The notes: generated from the letters alone by a model not told the origin. A stretch of 24,125 bases of DNA from a virus (IMGVR_UViG_3300009151_000382:1-24125), one strand, 5' to 3'; positions 1 through 8,774 are shown, numbered from the stretch's first letter. Numbers and translations: made by a program.

Positions 1-1
1 A

Positions 2-340
2 AATAGCTTTTCAACTTTTAGAATTATTCCCTCAATTGGTAGTTCTTGTGTTTTAGGTTTTCGTGAAAGCAACCAAGCTAGACCCGAACTTTTGAAAGTT
101 GATAAGTTTGATAAAATCATATTTTTTGATGGAACTGTGGGAGTTCCTTTGACTCCTAATTTAGTCGAAAGGTTGAATAATATTGAAAAATTATTAAACG
201 GTTTTATTACCTTATACAACACTCATACTCATAATGTTGTAGCTATTGGCATCCCTACAGCGACACCTTTGCCAATTGAAAACAACACGGCAACATTAAC
301 AACAGAAAAAGATATAGAAAGTACAAAAATTTATCAATAA
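2..340 (+). CDS. Baseplate central spike (gpV/gp45-like), 5'-truncated by the window edge
   Basis: The frame is open from base 2 (NSFSTFRIIPSIGSSCVLGF...), upstream of the track start at 92. It has a P-x-I-G-S-x-x-V OB-fold-like motif and a C-terminal YNTHTH (HxH metal-binding tip motif), and it precedes baseplate genes. Confidence 0.7.
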   Translation, partial: NSFSTFRIIPSIGSSCVLGFRESNQARPELLKVDKFDKIIFFDGTVGVPLTPNLVERLNNIEKLLNGFITLYNTHTHNVVAIGIPTATPLPIENNTATLTTEKDIESTKIYQ

Positions 341-349
341 CTTTGCCTT

Positions 350-658
350 ATGACAGACTTTTTTTTCGATGCAAATAAAAGGGATATAGTTCTAGTTTCG
401 GGGGTAGGGTTGGCTATTACTAGCAACCCAAGTCCACAAAACTTAGCTATTTGCATTAATTCAAGAGGTGCTATAATGCAAAATAGAGATTTTGGTCAGG
501 GATGTGATGCAAGGGTTATAAACGGTAAAATTGACAACGTATCTAATAAAATAGCACTTGTCAAAAAACAGATACTAGCAGACGGCGCATTAACGGTTAG
601 TATTACGGCAAATATTGCAAATCACATTGTAAATATTAGTGGGTCATGTCAGTATTAG
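350..658 (+). CDS. Baseplate wedge protein, gp25/gpW-like
   Basis: 102 aa directly after the spike gene; DFG motif and helix-strand-strand C-terminus fit the gp25 fold. Mostly synteny. Confidence 0.5.
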   Translation: MTDFFFDANKRDIVLVSGVGLAITSNPSPQNLAICINSRGAIMQNRDFGQGCDARVINGKIDNVSNKIALVKKQILADGALTVSITANIANHIVNISGSCQY

Positions 659-996
659 TGCAATCGAAAGCCTTACAAACTTCTTTGGATTTGGTGACAA
701 ATAACACGGGAGTTGCAACGATGAGTAACCTAGATTTATTCCTTAAAGCGAATAGTGTAACTGATTTGACTTATGACATAGAGACAAATACTAACTATGT
801 TTTACCAAGTGGATTAGAAATAAATACTAATAGGCTACAAAGTATCAAAGGCAACTATATTACTGAATGTATAGACAAAGAAATGGTTTTGCAATGTTCT
901 GAATTTTTTACAACGCTAGATAGTATTTGGATATTATCAACAGGGTTTTGGAACGATAACGCAACGTGGAAAGATGACCAATTTTGGAAAGATTAA
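646..996 (+). CDS. LysM-like baseplate protein (gpX-like)
   Basis: QTSLDL...FLKANSVTDLT...YVLP resembles a degenerate LysM pattern; Trp/Asp-rich C-terminus WILSTGFWNDNATWKDDQFWKD; baseplate position. Confidence 0.5.
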   Translation: MSVLVQSKALQTSLDLVTNNTGVATMSNLDLFLKANSVTDLTYDIETNTNYVLPSGLEINTNRLQSIKGNYITECIDKEMVLQCSEFFTTLDSIWILSTGFWNDNATWKDDQFWKD

Positions 997-1006
997 AATT
1001 AATTAA

Positions 1007-1387
1007 ATGGCATATACACCAATAAATAACGGGGATAGCGGACTAATAGCAAGAAATAAAATTAATGCTATGACAGCCGAACTTTATAGCGGTGCTACTC
1101 AATTGCTTAAAGTCACAAATCAAAGTGCATCCTTTACAGTACAAATTCCTGCTAATAGTTATGCGTGGAAGTTGTTTTTAACTAAGATAGGCAGCGGCAC
1201 AACAGTAGCAAAAGTAGGCACAACTCCCAACGGTGAAGAAATACTCCCAAGCGTAACGGTTGATAATAATAATTGTCCGGGTAACTCTACAGAGATACCG
1301 GTATCAACAACTGCATACAATTTATATGTAACCGTTATTTCGGGTGAGATTTCGGCATCTATATTTTTAATCCTTAATATTTTCTAA
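1007..1387 (+). CDS. Virion structural protein with a T4 gp9/gp10-like N-terminal helix
   Basis: INNGDSGLIARNKINAMTAELY resembles the GD.LR.AF.KIN.NF.ELY motif; the remainder is beta-rich. Confidence 0.45.
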   Translation: MAYTPINNGDSGLIARNKINAMTAELYSGATQLLKVTNQSASFTVQIPANSYAWKLFLTKIGSGTTVAKVGTTPNGEEILPSVTVDNNNCPGNSTEIPVSTTAYNLYVTVISGEISASIFLILNIF

Positions 1388-1388
1388 A

Positions 1389-2153
1389 ATGAGTACTTAT
1401 CAACAAACGATAGCTAATTTAGAAAGTAATGGTTTTGAAAATCCATCGGTAGGCGGCTTGTATAAAAAAATGATTGAGTCTATTCAATTAAATGTAGATG
1501 CGACTGCAATTGAACTATCCAACGGAAAACAAGGAATTATTGATTTATTCTTATCACAGAATTACGGTAAAAGCGGATATTATGTGAATAATGCAAAGGC
1601 TTTTCAGTATGGTGATAACTTGTTAATTGATACAAATGGCAACTATTACTATGCAACTATTGACACCACTAAACAAATAATTAAACAGGCGGCATTTGAT
1701 TGGCATAAATCGTTGAATTATCTTAGTTTGAAAGTTGGCACAACGGATGCAACAGGTAACGTTATAGCACTAAGTCAATTACAATTTTCTGCTTTTATTG
1801 GGTATATGGATAACTTTTTAACGGCAGGAGTTCCCGTAAATATTATAAGCAAAAATCCTAACATTATACTTTATAATGCTAATTTAAGCTATTATTCTAC
1901 TTTCGACTTATCCACATTACAAAAACAATACAATCAAGCAGTAAAAGACTTTCAAGTAAATTTCTCTTACAACGGATTATTTTACACGAATGATTTTTCA
2001 GACTACATAAAGGCAAACGTTGCGGGGGTTAGGGATTTCTTTATTACTAGCATCCTATGTGATAACGTAGCTTTCAGCGGTCAAATATCTTTGACAAGTG
2101 GCACGTTCCAATTGTCGGCATCTAGTAAAGTAACTTATAATTCTGTTTTATAA
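1389..2153 (+). CDS. Baseplate J-like protein
   Basis: 254 aa; Y..NAKAFQYGD.L, IIKQAA, AGV.VNIIS and IK..VAGV.D patterns recalled from Bacteroidota phage baseplate J homologues; synteny. Confidence 0.65.
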   Translation: MSTYQQTIANLESNGFENPSVGGLYKKMIESIQLNVDATAIELSNGKQGIIDLFLSQNYGKSGYYVNNAKAFQYGDNLLIDTNGNYYYATIDTTKQIIKQAAFDWHKSLNYLSLKVGTTDATGNVIALSQLQFSAFIGYMDNFLTAGVPVNIISKNPNIILYNANLSYYSTFDLSTLQKQYNQAVKDFQVNFSYNGLFYTNDFSDYIKANVAGVRDFFITSILCDNVAFSGQISLTSGTFQLSASSKVTYNSVL

Positions 2154-2677
2154 TGTTTAAAAAAATAAACTTTAGCAAATTACTTTTATGGGTTTTAACT
2201 CCATACTTCGCCATTAATAGCGATGGTAAGCTAAGTAATTTATTCAAGTTTTTAGCGTGTTTTTTGCAGCCTATACAGCCTATATTTGACCAATACTACA
2301 GCGATAGAGATAGACTAATATTATTAGCTCAATGTAAGTTTACAAGGCAACTACAAAACGTTCTTAATATACTTTATGCGCCCGATTATATTAACGACCC
2401 CACAAATGGCGGCATTTATTTTAGTCGGACAGATTACGCTATAAATGCGGCTAATAGTTTCTATCAAACAGATGCAATTATTTTTGCGGGGGCTTTTGAT
2501 GACACATTGCAAACGCCTGTAATGCTTGAAAGTTTTAGCGATAATTTAGGACGTAGCCAATTGACTATTTATGTTCTTAATACCATTTGGGCAGCATCAC
2601 AAAGACAGATTGAAGCGGACGTTGCAATGGTAGCAATAGCAGGGGTGAATTATTCATTTAAAACTTATACTTTATAA
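2153..2677 (+). CDS. Baseplate wedge protein (gpI-like)
   Basis: Start overlaps the J-like stop (TAATG); LQNVLN motif and AG..Y C-terminus; lies between the J-like and tail fibre genes. Confidence 0.55.
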   Translation: MFKKINFSKLLLWVLTPYFAINSDGKLSNLFKFLACFLQPIQPIFDQYYSDRDRLILLAQCKFTRQLQNVLNILYAPDYINDPTNGGIYFSRTDYAINAANSFYQTDAIIFAGAFDDTLQTPVMLESFSDNLGRSQLTIYVLNTIWAASQRQIEADVAMVAIAGVNYSFKTYTL

Positions 2678-2679
2678 CA

Positions 2680-3639
2680 ATGGCAGACATATTTGATTTC
2701 CCAACAGAAAGAATAGTTTACGGTAACATTACTAATACCAACCCAAGCAAAGCAGGTGGTGAGCCTGTATTTGTAAGCGATATTTTAGCAACGCAACAGG
2801 AAGCAAACGCAAGCGTGAGGGCTTTAGCAGGAATTGACTACACAAATGATAGTTTCTTTATTTTGCAAGGATTAAATTATGACGGGTCAAGTTATACTGA
2901 CGGGATAATTTATTTTAAAGCTGATGCAGACGAAGCAGGTAGATTTTATTTTGTTGCCGCCTTTGATAAAGGAAACGCTATTTTGCCCGATGCGCCCACA
3001 GGCGAAAACGCTAAATTATACACGGATGCAGTCATAAGACCTACTTACAACTATTTCACGGCTTCGCCTTCGGCTTATAGTATAGGGGTTACAACTCCTT
3101 TATTTACGGGTGACATGAATGTTTATAGGTTAGCAAATGTGTTTTTAAAATCACAAGTTAATGCCTTGAATGTCATTGCAGCAAGTTTAAAAAGTGCAGC
3201 GTTCAAAGATGCAAGCGCAACGGCAGCAAATGGAATAGTTCCTTTGTGGGATAATGTTTATCCTAAAAATCAAGTTTTGCCAATTACAGGTGGAACTTTG
3301 ACGGGGGGGTTAACATTGAATGCAGACCCTACTTCAGCACTACAGGCGGCAACAAAACAGTATATTGATAATAATTACATAAAGATACTTGCAAAGGGTT
3401 ATACTCATGTTGGGGATATTTCGGGATATGCAACAAAGGATATTGCACTAGGTACTACAATACTTGTTAATTATAAAGTTATAATGACGGTATGGAATAG
3501 CACTAATACGGATGGGAGAATTACATGGTTTATTGATTCACTTAATAGCAATTCCACATCGTTTAGGGTAGCTTATCAAGCAATGGTCGATAGTGGCACT
3601 CAAGACCTTTATTTCGATTGGTTTGTAATTGCACGATAA
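2680..3639 (+). CDS. Tail fibre protein
   Basis: Fibre shaft motif VLPITGGTLTGGLTLNADPTSALQAATKQYID; C-terminal beta domain ending FDWFVIA (lectin-like tip); follows the baseplate genes. Confidence 0.75.
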   Translation: MADIFDFPTERIVYGNITNTNPSKAGGEPVFVSDILATQQEANASVRALAGIDYTNDSFFILQGLNYDGSSYTDGIIYFKADADEAGRFYFVAAFDKGNAILPDAPTGENAKLYTDAVIRPTYNYFTASPSAYSIGVTTPLFTGDMNVYRLANVFLKSQVNALNVIAASLKSAAFKDASATAANGIVPLWDNVYPKNQVLPITGGTLTGGLTLNADPTSALQAATKQYIDNNYIKILAKGYTHVGDISGYATKDIALGTTILVNYKVIMTVWNSTNTDGRITWFIDSLNSNSTSFRVAYQAMVDSGTQDLYFDWFVIAR

Positions 3640-3652
3640 TTTAATATATTCG
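3622..3652 (+). promoter_or_regulatory. Possible Bacteroidota sigma70-type promoter (TTTG-N19-TATATTCG)
   Basis: TTTG at 3622-3625 and TATATTCG at 3645-3652, one mismatch from TAnnTTTG, 4 nt before the ATG at 3657. Confidence 0.3.
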
Positions 3653-3656
3653 CAAC

Positions 3657-6143
3657 ATGAAACGCTTATTATTCTTACTACTTATATTTTCAAAGTGTTA
3701 TAGTCAAACGATTATTTCACAGCCTTATTTGTTTCAAAAATACATAACGGTAAAGGATAGCACACGATTAACAGGTAGGTTAGTTATTCCTACTGATACC
3801 ATAATTAATAAAATAGGCTTAGTACAAATCGCTCAAACGCTTTATACAGGTAATGGCACTTATTGGATGCCGATAGCAGGAGCAAGTACTAACGCAATCT
3901 TAAACGGCGGTAATTCTTTCGGTTCTTCAATAAGCATAGGCAGTAATGACGGTAACGATGTGATTTTAAAAAGAAATAACTTACAGTATCTTTCATTGAA
4001 TGGTGGTAATGTATTTTTCGGCACAAAGCAAGGTGATTTAAGTACTAATCGTTCTATCGACACATTTGGTAATGCAGTTTTACAGACCGTTAGTTCATTA
4101 TATAGTTTGCAAATACCTAAAGATACGAACAGAAATACTTTAAGTGATGCCAACTATGCGAGAATTTCGGGAAGTGCAGCAGATGGAAGGTTATACTATC
4201 AAAACTACAACGGCGGCAATTGGAAGAAACTAGCTTATACAACAGACATTACAAGCGGCACAATTACAGGCACAGGCGTAGCGCAACGAATACCTTATTG
4301 GAATAGTAGTAATAATATAAGCTATACGAATAATCTAGTATATGATACTGCTTTAATTAGGTTAGGGATTGGAACAAGTACACCTTCAAGTGCGCTTGAT
4401 ATTCATAGCAGCACTAACAATATGGCAGACTTGAATAATTCAAGTGCTACAGGTAGTTCATTTCTGTTATTTCAAAAAGTCGATACTACAAAATGGAAAA
4501 TAGGAAACAATTATAATAGTGGTGCAAATACTTTTGAAGTTCAAAATATTGTAAAGCTAAATACACCGTTATCTATTGACAGTAACTCAAGGGCTACTTT
4601 CTTAAACAGTCCTTATGTTGGGGCAAAAAGGATAGTAGATACCACGGACTTAGCGGCGTATGCAAAAGCGGATTCAAGTATATGGCAAACTAAATATCGT
4701 TCTGATAGTAGCCGTAATAATATTTATTCGGCTATTAATGGAAAACAAGCAAGCGGTAACTATGCAATTGCAGATTCTAGTGTATGGCAGCCAAAATATA
4801 GAAGTGATACAATGAGAGTTAGTGTTTATAATCAACTTGCAAACAAAGCTAATTTAAACTCAATAAACACCTTTACAACGGCTAACTACTTCAAGTCAAT
4901 TTATGCTAATAAAGATTCTATTCCTATCACAACAGGCAAAACGTGGGGGCTGATAATTGATACAGTTACAGGGCAAGTAGATAGACAATCTTTAAGTAGC
5001 AGTAGTTATTCAGCAGGGCGAGGGCTTACACTAACTTCTACTACTTTCGGGCTAGATACAACAAAGAATTATTCTTTTACTTCAGATGAAACGATACACA
5101 CGCTTACAGTAGGTTTAGGGATTAATTCACTTGCAACTAATACAGCCGTAGGTTACCAAGCACTTTCGGGGAATAATAGCGGTAATGCCAATAACGTTGC
5201 TATAGGCTATCAGGCGTTGAAGGGAAATGCAGTGGGGGCTTATAATGTTGCTATAGGCTATCAGGCATTATTGAAAGACAGTTCATCACCCTATAACGTG
5301 GCAATAGGATGGGGCGCAGCTTCAAATATATACAATACGACTAGTGGGTCAAACGTTGCTATTGGTTACAATGCCATGAATGGAGCTACATTGGGGGGTA
5401 ATGTTGTTATAGGTAACAGCGCAGCTAGTGGAAGTGGGGTATATTATACCAATAACGTTGCAATAGGTAATAATGCAATGATTAATTCAATATATCAAAA
5501 CAATGTTGCAATAGGTAATGGCGCAATGGCAACGGGTAACGGGGGCAATTGTACATACATAGGGATGAATGCAGGGCATAACGCAGGGAATGGCACAGAC
5601 AATAACACATCATTGGGTTATAATTCACTTAATGCAATGACAGCAGGGGCAAATAATTTATGTTTGGGGGCTTCTTCTAGTAATTCCTATGCGACCATTA
5701 ACAATTCTACACTTTTGGGATATAACACTCAAAATAATGCAAATGCAGAAACAAATGAGACCGTTATAGGATATAATGCAGTAGGTAAGGGAAGTAATAC
5801 GGTGACTTTGGGGAATAGTTCGGTTACGGCAACTTATTTAGGTGGCACAGCAAATGCTACTGTATTTAACGCAACAGCTACACAAACAACCGTAAACGCA
5901 TCAACAAGTGGAACGGTTATATATAGTGAACCATTTGCAGGAAGCAGTTATAAAAAGGTTATGATTTATTGTAATAATGCTTTGGGTACAGCTAGTTATA
6001 CATTCCCTACAGCGTTCACTTATACACCTACAATATTATCAACTAGCGGACTAGCGACAAGTTTAGTGACTTCAATAAGTACAACAGCAGTAACCGTAAC
6101 AGGGGCATCATCAATAGGTTTTTTAATTTTAGAAGGTTATTAA
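3657..6143 (+). CDS. Signal-peptide-bearing fibre/adhesin-like protein with YadA-head-like N-x-A-I-G repeats
   Basis: N-terminus [16 protein letters not shown]|Q; [15 protein letters not shown] fibre motif; many NVAIGYQAL-type repeats at about 5140-5820; Thr/Ser-rich C-terminus. Confidence 0.7.
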   Translation: MKRLLFLLLIFSKCYSQTIISQPYLFQKYITVKDSTRLTGRLVIPTDTIINKIGLVQIAQTLYTGNGTYWMPIAGASTNAILNGGNSFGSSISIGSNDGNDVILKRNNLQYLSLNGGNVFFGTKQGDLSTNRSIDTFGNAVLQTVSSLYSLQIPKDTNRNTLSDANYARISGSAADGRLYYQNYNGGNWKKLAYTTDITSGTITGTGVAQRIPYWNSSNNISYTNNLVYDTALIRLGIGTSTPSSALDIHSSTNNMADLNNSSATGSSFLLFQKVDTTKWKIGNNYNSGANTFEVQNIVKLNTPLSIDSNSRATFLNSPYVGAKRIVDTTDLAAYAKADSSIWQTKYRSDSSRNNIYSAINGKQASGNYAIADSSVWQPKYRSDTMRVSVYNQLANKANLNSINTFTTANYFKSIYANKDSIPITTGKTWGLIIDTVTGQVDRQSLSSSSYSAGRGLTLTSTTFGLDTTKNYSFTSDETIHTLTVGLGINSLATNTAVGYQALSGNNSGNANNVAIGYQALKGNAVGAYNVAIGYQALLKDSSSPYNVAIGWGAASNIYNTTSGSNVAIGYNAMNGATLGGNVVIGNSAASGSGVYYTNNVAIGNNAMINSIYQNNVAIGNGAMATGNGGNCTYIGMNAGHNAGNGTDNNTSLGYNSLNAMTAGANNLCLGASSSNSYATINNSTLLGYNTQNNANAETNETVIGYNAVGKGSNTVTLGNSSVTATYLGGTANATVFNATATQTTVNASTSGTVIYSEPFAGSSYKKVMIYCNNALGTASYTFPTAFTYTPTILSTSGLATSLVTSISTTAVTVTGASSIGFLILEGY
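4659..4817 (+). repeat. Intragenic duplication with 102-nt (34-aa) spacing
   Basis: [19 protein letters not shown] at 4659 versus [19 protein letters not shown] at 4761. Confidence 0.8.
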
Positions 6144-6145
6144 TT

Positions 6146-6526
6146 ATGAAAAAAGTATTTTTAGTTATCAGTTTATTTTTTGCAATTGCGGCAAATTCGC
6201 AAACAGTATATAGTATTGATACAAGTTTTCACCCTACGCTAGATAATAGTATTACAGGCATTGCAGCGTGTCAAGTTACACCAATTAAGACAGTATTGAG
6301 TAATGATACTGTTAGTCTAGTGAGTATCAAAGTAATTGAAGATAACTTGCAAAATATGGCTAATTTGTCATTTTCATTTATGACTTCAAAGCAAGTAGTT
6401 ATAAAGTCTGTTTCATTCACATTACAAGGTCAAAATTACATTGATTGGAATAGTAATGAGTATTTATTTAAGTTACTTGCAACGTTTATTCACGAGCAAT
6501 ACGGACTTAAAATAGTTTTTAAATAA
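6146..6526 (+). CDS. Signal-peptide-bearing partner of the fibre-like protein (possible assembly factor)
   Basis: MKKVFLVISLFFAIAANS|Q; starts 2 nt after the previous stop; DNL...LQGQNYIDWNSNEY...GLKI pattern. Confidence 0.6.
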   Translation: MKKVFLVISLFFAIAANSQTVYSIDTSFHPTLDNSITGIAACQVTPIKTVLSNDTVSLVSIKVIEDNLQNMANLSFSFMTSKQVVIKSVSFTLQGQNYIDWNSNEYLFKLLATFIHEQYGLKIVFK

Positions 6527-6547
6527 CCTTTAAATAATTTATTCGAC

Positions 6548-6742
6548 ATGATTCACCATTTAAAAGAGACGGCAGACGGAGTACTAGGATTTTTAAGCGG
6601 ACTTTGTTTTTTTACAATTTCAGCGGCAAGTGTAGATATGACTATGAAAGTCGTTTCTTTTATTCTAGGCAGTATCGTATCAATTTTAGCTAGTATATAT
6701 TATATCAAAGCAATTAGCAAACAAAATAAAAGCAGGAAGTAG
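6548..6742 (+). CDS. Small two-TM protein, putative holin or antiholin
   Basis: 64 aa with two hydrophobic segments and a basic C-terminal tail (KQNKSRK); first gene of the lysis region. Confidence 0.55.
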   Translation: MIHHLKETADGVLGFLSGLCFFTISAASVDMTMKVVSFILGSIVSILASIYYIKAISKQNKSRK

Positions 6743-6756
6743 AAACCCCCTGCTTT
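6719..6756 (-). terminator. Intrinsic terminator in antisense orientation
   Basis: Minus-strand RNA AAAGCAGGGGG-UUUCUA-CUUCCUGCUUU forms an 11-bp stem with two G-U pairs, followed by UAUUUUGUUU. Confidence 0.55.
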
Positions 6757-6769
6757 AATTATTAAGATT

Positions 6770-6865
6770 ATGATGCAGCAAATATATATCATAATTGCTA
6801 AACTAGCATACATTATATTTGCTATGTGGCTGGGAGTTAAATGTTTACAAATTAAAAATAAATAA
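6770..6865 (+). CDS. 31-aa single-TM peptide (not in ORF track)
   Basis: MMQQIYIIIAKLAYIIFAMWLGVKCLQIKNK; preceded by the ATTAAGATT start motif; stop lies 1 nt before the next ATG. Confidence 0.55.
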   Translation: MMQQIYIIIAKLAYIIFAMWLGVKCLQIKNK

Positions 6866-6866
6866 T

Positions 6867-7094
6867 ATGCAATCAAAGTTTTTAACAGTAGGGGTGGCTG
6901 ATTTTTTACATGGCTTATTTGTTTCAGTTGTGGGGGCTGCATTAACGGTGGTAACTCAATCACTTTCAACAGGTAGCCTAACTTTCGATTTGAAAGCCAT
7001 AGGTACAACAGCGTTAATTGCAGGACTAAGTTACATTTCGAAGAAATTCATAAGTAATAATCAAGGGGAAATATTAGCACCTGATAATAAGTAA
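6867..7094 (+). CDS. Holin (two TM segments)
   Basis: Start reassigned to MQSKFL; two hydrophobic helices and a polar tail (SYISKKFISNNQGE); upstream of spanin and endolysin. Confidence 0.65.
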   Translation: MQSKFLTVGVADFLHGLFVSVVGAALTVVTQSLSTGSLTFDLKAIGTTALIAGLSYISKKFISNNQGEILAPDNK

Positions 7095-7096
7095 TT

Positions 7097-7258
7097 GGAA
7101 GGGGATGCCTATCAAGTTGCCAAAGAATAGCATTCGGAGGACTTAGACGCACATTTTCCCCTTTCTATAGAATTAAGGACACTCAAAATACAGTCCTGAT
7201 TCAAGATTGTAGTTCTTAATCCCCCTATAATGTGGAATTTTTATAGGGGGTAATTTTT
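7097..7258 (+). other. Structured intergenic element ending in a terminator-like hairpin
   Basis: GGAAGGGGA (7097-7105) pairs with TCCCCTTTC (7157-7165); AGGAC/GTCCT stem; perfect 10-bp stem CCCCCTATAA/TTATAGGGGG (7221-7250) followed by TAATTTTT. Confidence 0.5.
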
Positions 7259-7270
7259 AAAAATATTGTT

Positions 7271-7354
7271 ATGATAAAAACTATACTTGCTTTTTTTGGG
7301 TTAGTTTATTTAGTGCAAAAAATATACGATTGGGTTTTATCTAAAATGTTATAG
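7271..7354 (+). CDS. 27-aa hydrophobic peptide (not in ORF track)
   Basis: MIKTILAFFGLVYLVQKIYDWVLSKML; stop lies 2 nt before the ATG at 7357. Confidence 0.45.
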   Translation: MIKTILAFFGLVYLVQKIYDWVLSKML

Positions 7355-7356
7355 TT

Positions 7357-7548
7357 ATGCAATACAAAGTATATTTTATTCTTGAGGGCAAAAAGTTGAA
7401 AATGACTGTAAAGGCAAATTCACAGAATGCAGCGAAAGAGGTTATCAAAAATAAGTATGCAGGAAAGAATATCGACTTTGTGACGTGTATGCCTATTTAT
7501 AATGAAGATAAAACATTGAAAAGCCTTAAAAACATATTTGGGATATGA
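7357..7548 (+). CDS. Hypothetical phage protein
   Basis: 63 aa; V.ANSQ.AAK.. small alpha/beta pattern; ATGA overlap with the next gene. Confidence 0.65.
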   Translation: MQYKVYFILEGKKLKMTVKANSQNAAKEVIKNKYAGKNIDFVTCMPIYNEDKTLKSLKNIFGI

Positions 7549-8048
7549 AAAAATACAAACACATACTACTCTACTTTATTCTATTTGCTCTTATAGGCTG
7601 CATGACTGACCGAACGGCAATAATGAAAGTACTAACTAACTCGAAGTCATTCGATACGGTAGGTCACGTTTATACACGTTTGCACCCTTGCAGCAATGAC
7701 ACTATAATTAAGGGTAGTGATACTATCTACAAGCATGATACCACCGTTCAATCATTCTCATTTGTTGATACTGTTACAAACTCAAAACACGATACTACTA
7801 TTATACGACTTCGCACACTTGCAACAGTCCACGATACAATCGATATAAGAGACAATCAGATATTAGATGACAATACTACACTAAGGTCAGCAAATAGCAC
7901 ACTACAAGCACTATACATCGATAGTAATAATCGTATTGGTGAATGTAACAAAACGATAGATAAATGGCAATTTTGGGCGATACTATTAGGCGTTATTGCA
8001 GGTTTAGCGGCTATTGGGTTAATTTTTAAAAGTAGTAGGATATTATGA
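7545..8048 (+). CDS. Unimolecular spanin (u-spanin)-like lipoprotein
   Basis: Lipoprotein signal with Cys19 (FALIG|C), Asp-Thr-rich beta region, coiled segment and C-terminal TM helix WAILLGVIAGLAAIGLIF; located in the lysis cassette. Confidence 0.7.
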   Translation: MKKYKHILLYFILFALIGCMTDRTAIMKVLTNSKSFDTVGHVYTRLHPCSNDTIIKGSDTIYKHDTTVQSFSFVDTVTNSKHDTTIIRLRTLATVHDTIDIRDNQILDDNTTLRSANSTLQALYIDSNNRIGECNKTIDKWQFWAILLGVIAGLAAIGLIFKSSRIL

Positions 8049-8245
8049 ATACAATAATAGAAGAAATTAAGAAAGATTTTAGTGGTAGTGACGATTATTT
8101 AAGTGGTGTTAATGATGGCTTATATCAGTTGAATGAGTTTTTGAAAGGTAACCATGAATTATGTATAGTTGATTACGATAAAGAACAAATTAAAACACAT
8201 CAAATAGTAGCATTTATGAAATTAAAAACATCTGAACATATTTAA
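8045..8245 (+). CDS. Hypothetical protein
   Basis: 66 aa with ATGA coupling to the previous gene. Confidence 0.6.
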   Translation: MNTIIEEIKKDFSGSDDYLSGVNDGLYQLNEFLKGNHELCIVDYDKEQIKTHQIVAFMKLKTSEHI

Positions 8246-8247
8246 TT

Positions 8248-8691
8248 ATGACAAACAAACTATTAGTTAAAGCAATAATTAAAACAGAAGAAAGTACAAT
8301 AAGCCGCTTATACATTAACGGACATTTTGAGTGCTACATTCTCGAAGATAAGGATAGGGGCTTAAAACAATCTATGCCTTTAGCTGAATTGCAAAAGTTA
8401 AAAGAGCCGACTAAAACTGCTATTCCTGAAGGTACTTATCAAGTGCAAACCTCTTTCAGTAATCGGTTTCAAAAGGTTTTGCCTATACTTTTAAACGTTG
8501 GGGCATTCGATGGAATCCGCATCCATCCAGGCAATAAATCAAAAGACACGGAAGGCTGCCTATTACCCGGTACAGGAATTGCTAAAGACATGGTTACTGA
8601 AAGCCGCATTGCTTTTGAATCGTTTTTTATCAAGTTGAAAAATATGCTTGCAAATGGAACGGTTGAAATTACTTTTGATAGGACGGTATAA
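8248..8691 (+). CDS. DUF5675-family putative endolysin (L,D-transpeptidase-like)
   Basis: Motifs CYILED, TAIPEGTY, GIRIHPGN and DTEGCLLPG, giving a His/Cys catalytic pair. Confidence 0.85.
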   Translation: MTNKLLVKAIIKTEESTISRLYINGHFECYILEDKDRGLKQSMPLAELQKLKEPTKTAIPEGTYQVQTSFSNRFQKVLPILLNVGAFDGIRIHPGNKSKDTEGCLLPGTGIAKDMVTESRIAFESFFIKLKNMLANGTVEITFDRTV

Positions 8692-8721
8692 AAACAAAGC
8701 CACCCCTAAAAAGAGATGGCT
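8690..8721 (-). terminator. Intrinsic terminator ending the leftward transcript
   Basis: Minus-strand AGCCAUCUCU-UUUU-AGGGGUGGCU (10-bp stem with G-U pairs) followed by UUGUUUUU, at the convergence of the two gene blocks. Confidence 0.75.
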
Positions 8722-8774
8722 ACTAAGGTTTAATAACCCTAGCTTTTTTCGTGGCAGCACTTAGCCGTCACGAG

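Noticed and set aside
3860-4153. Minus-strand 97-aa ORF
   Set aside because: Shadow ORF inside the 828-aa gene.
2680-6143. Diversity-generating retroelement targeting the fibres
   Set aside because: No reverse transcriptase and no TR/VR pair differing only at adenines was seen. The 4659/4761 duplication is an old coding repeat with mixed substitutions.
6700-7008. Minus-strand 102-aa ORF
   Set aside because: Antisense to well-packed membrane-protein genes and runs through a same-strand terminator; no recognisable motif.
7097-7258. tRNA gene
   Set aside because: No cloverleaf, no canonical T-loop (GTTCRA) and no acceptor stem.
8563-8760. Minus-strand 65-aa ORF
   Set aside because: Crosses the terminator and overlaps the endolysin gene in antisense.
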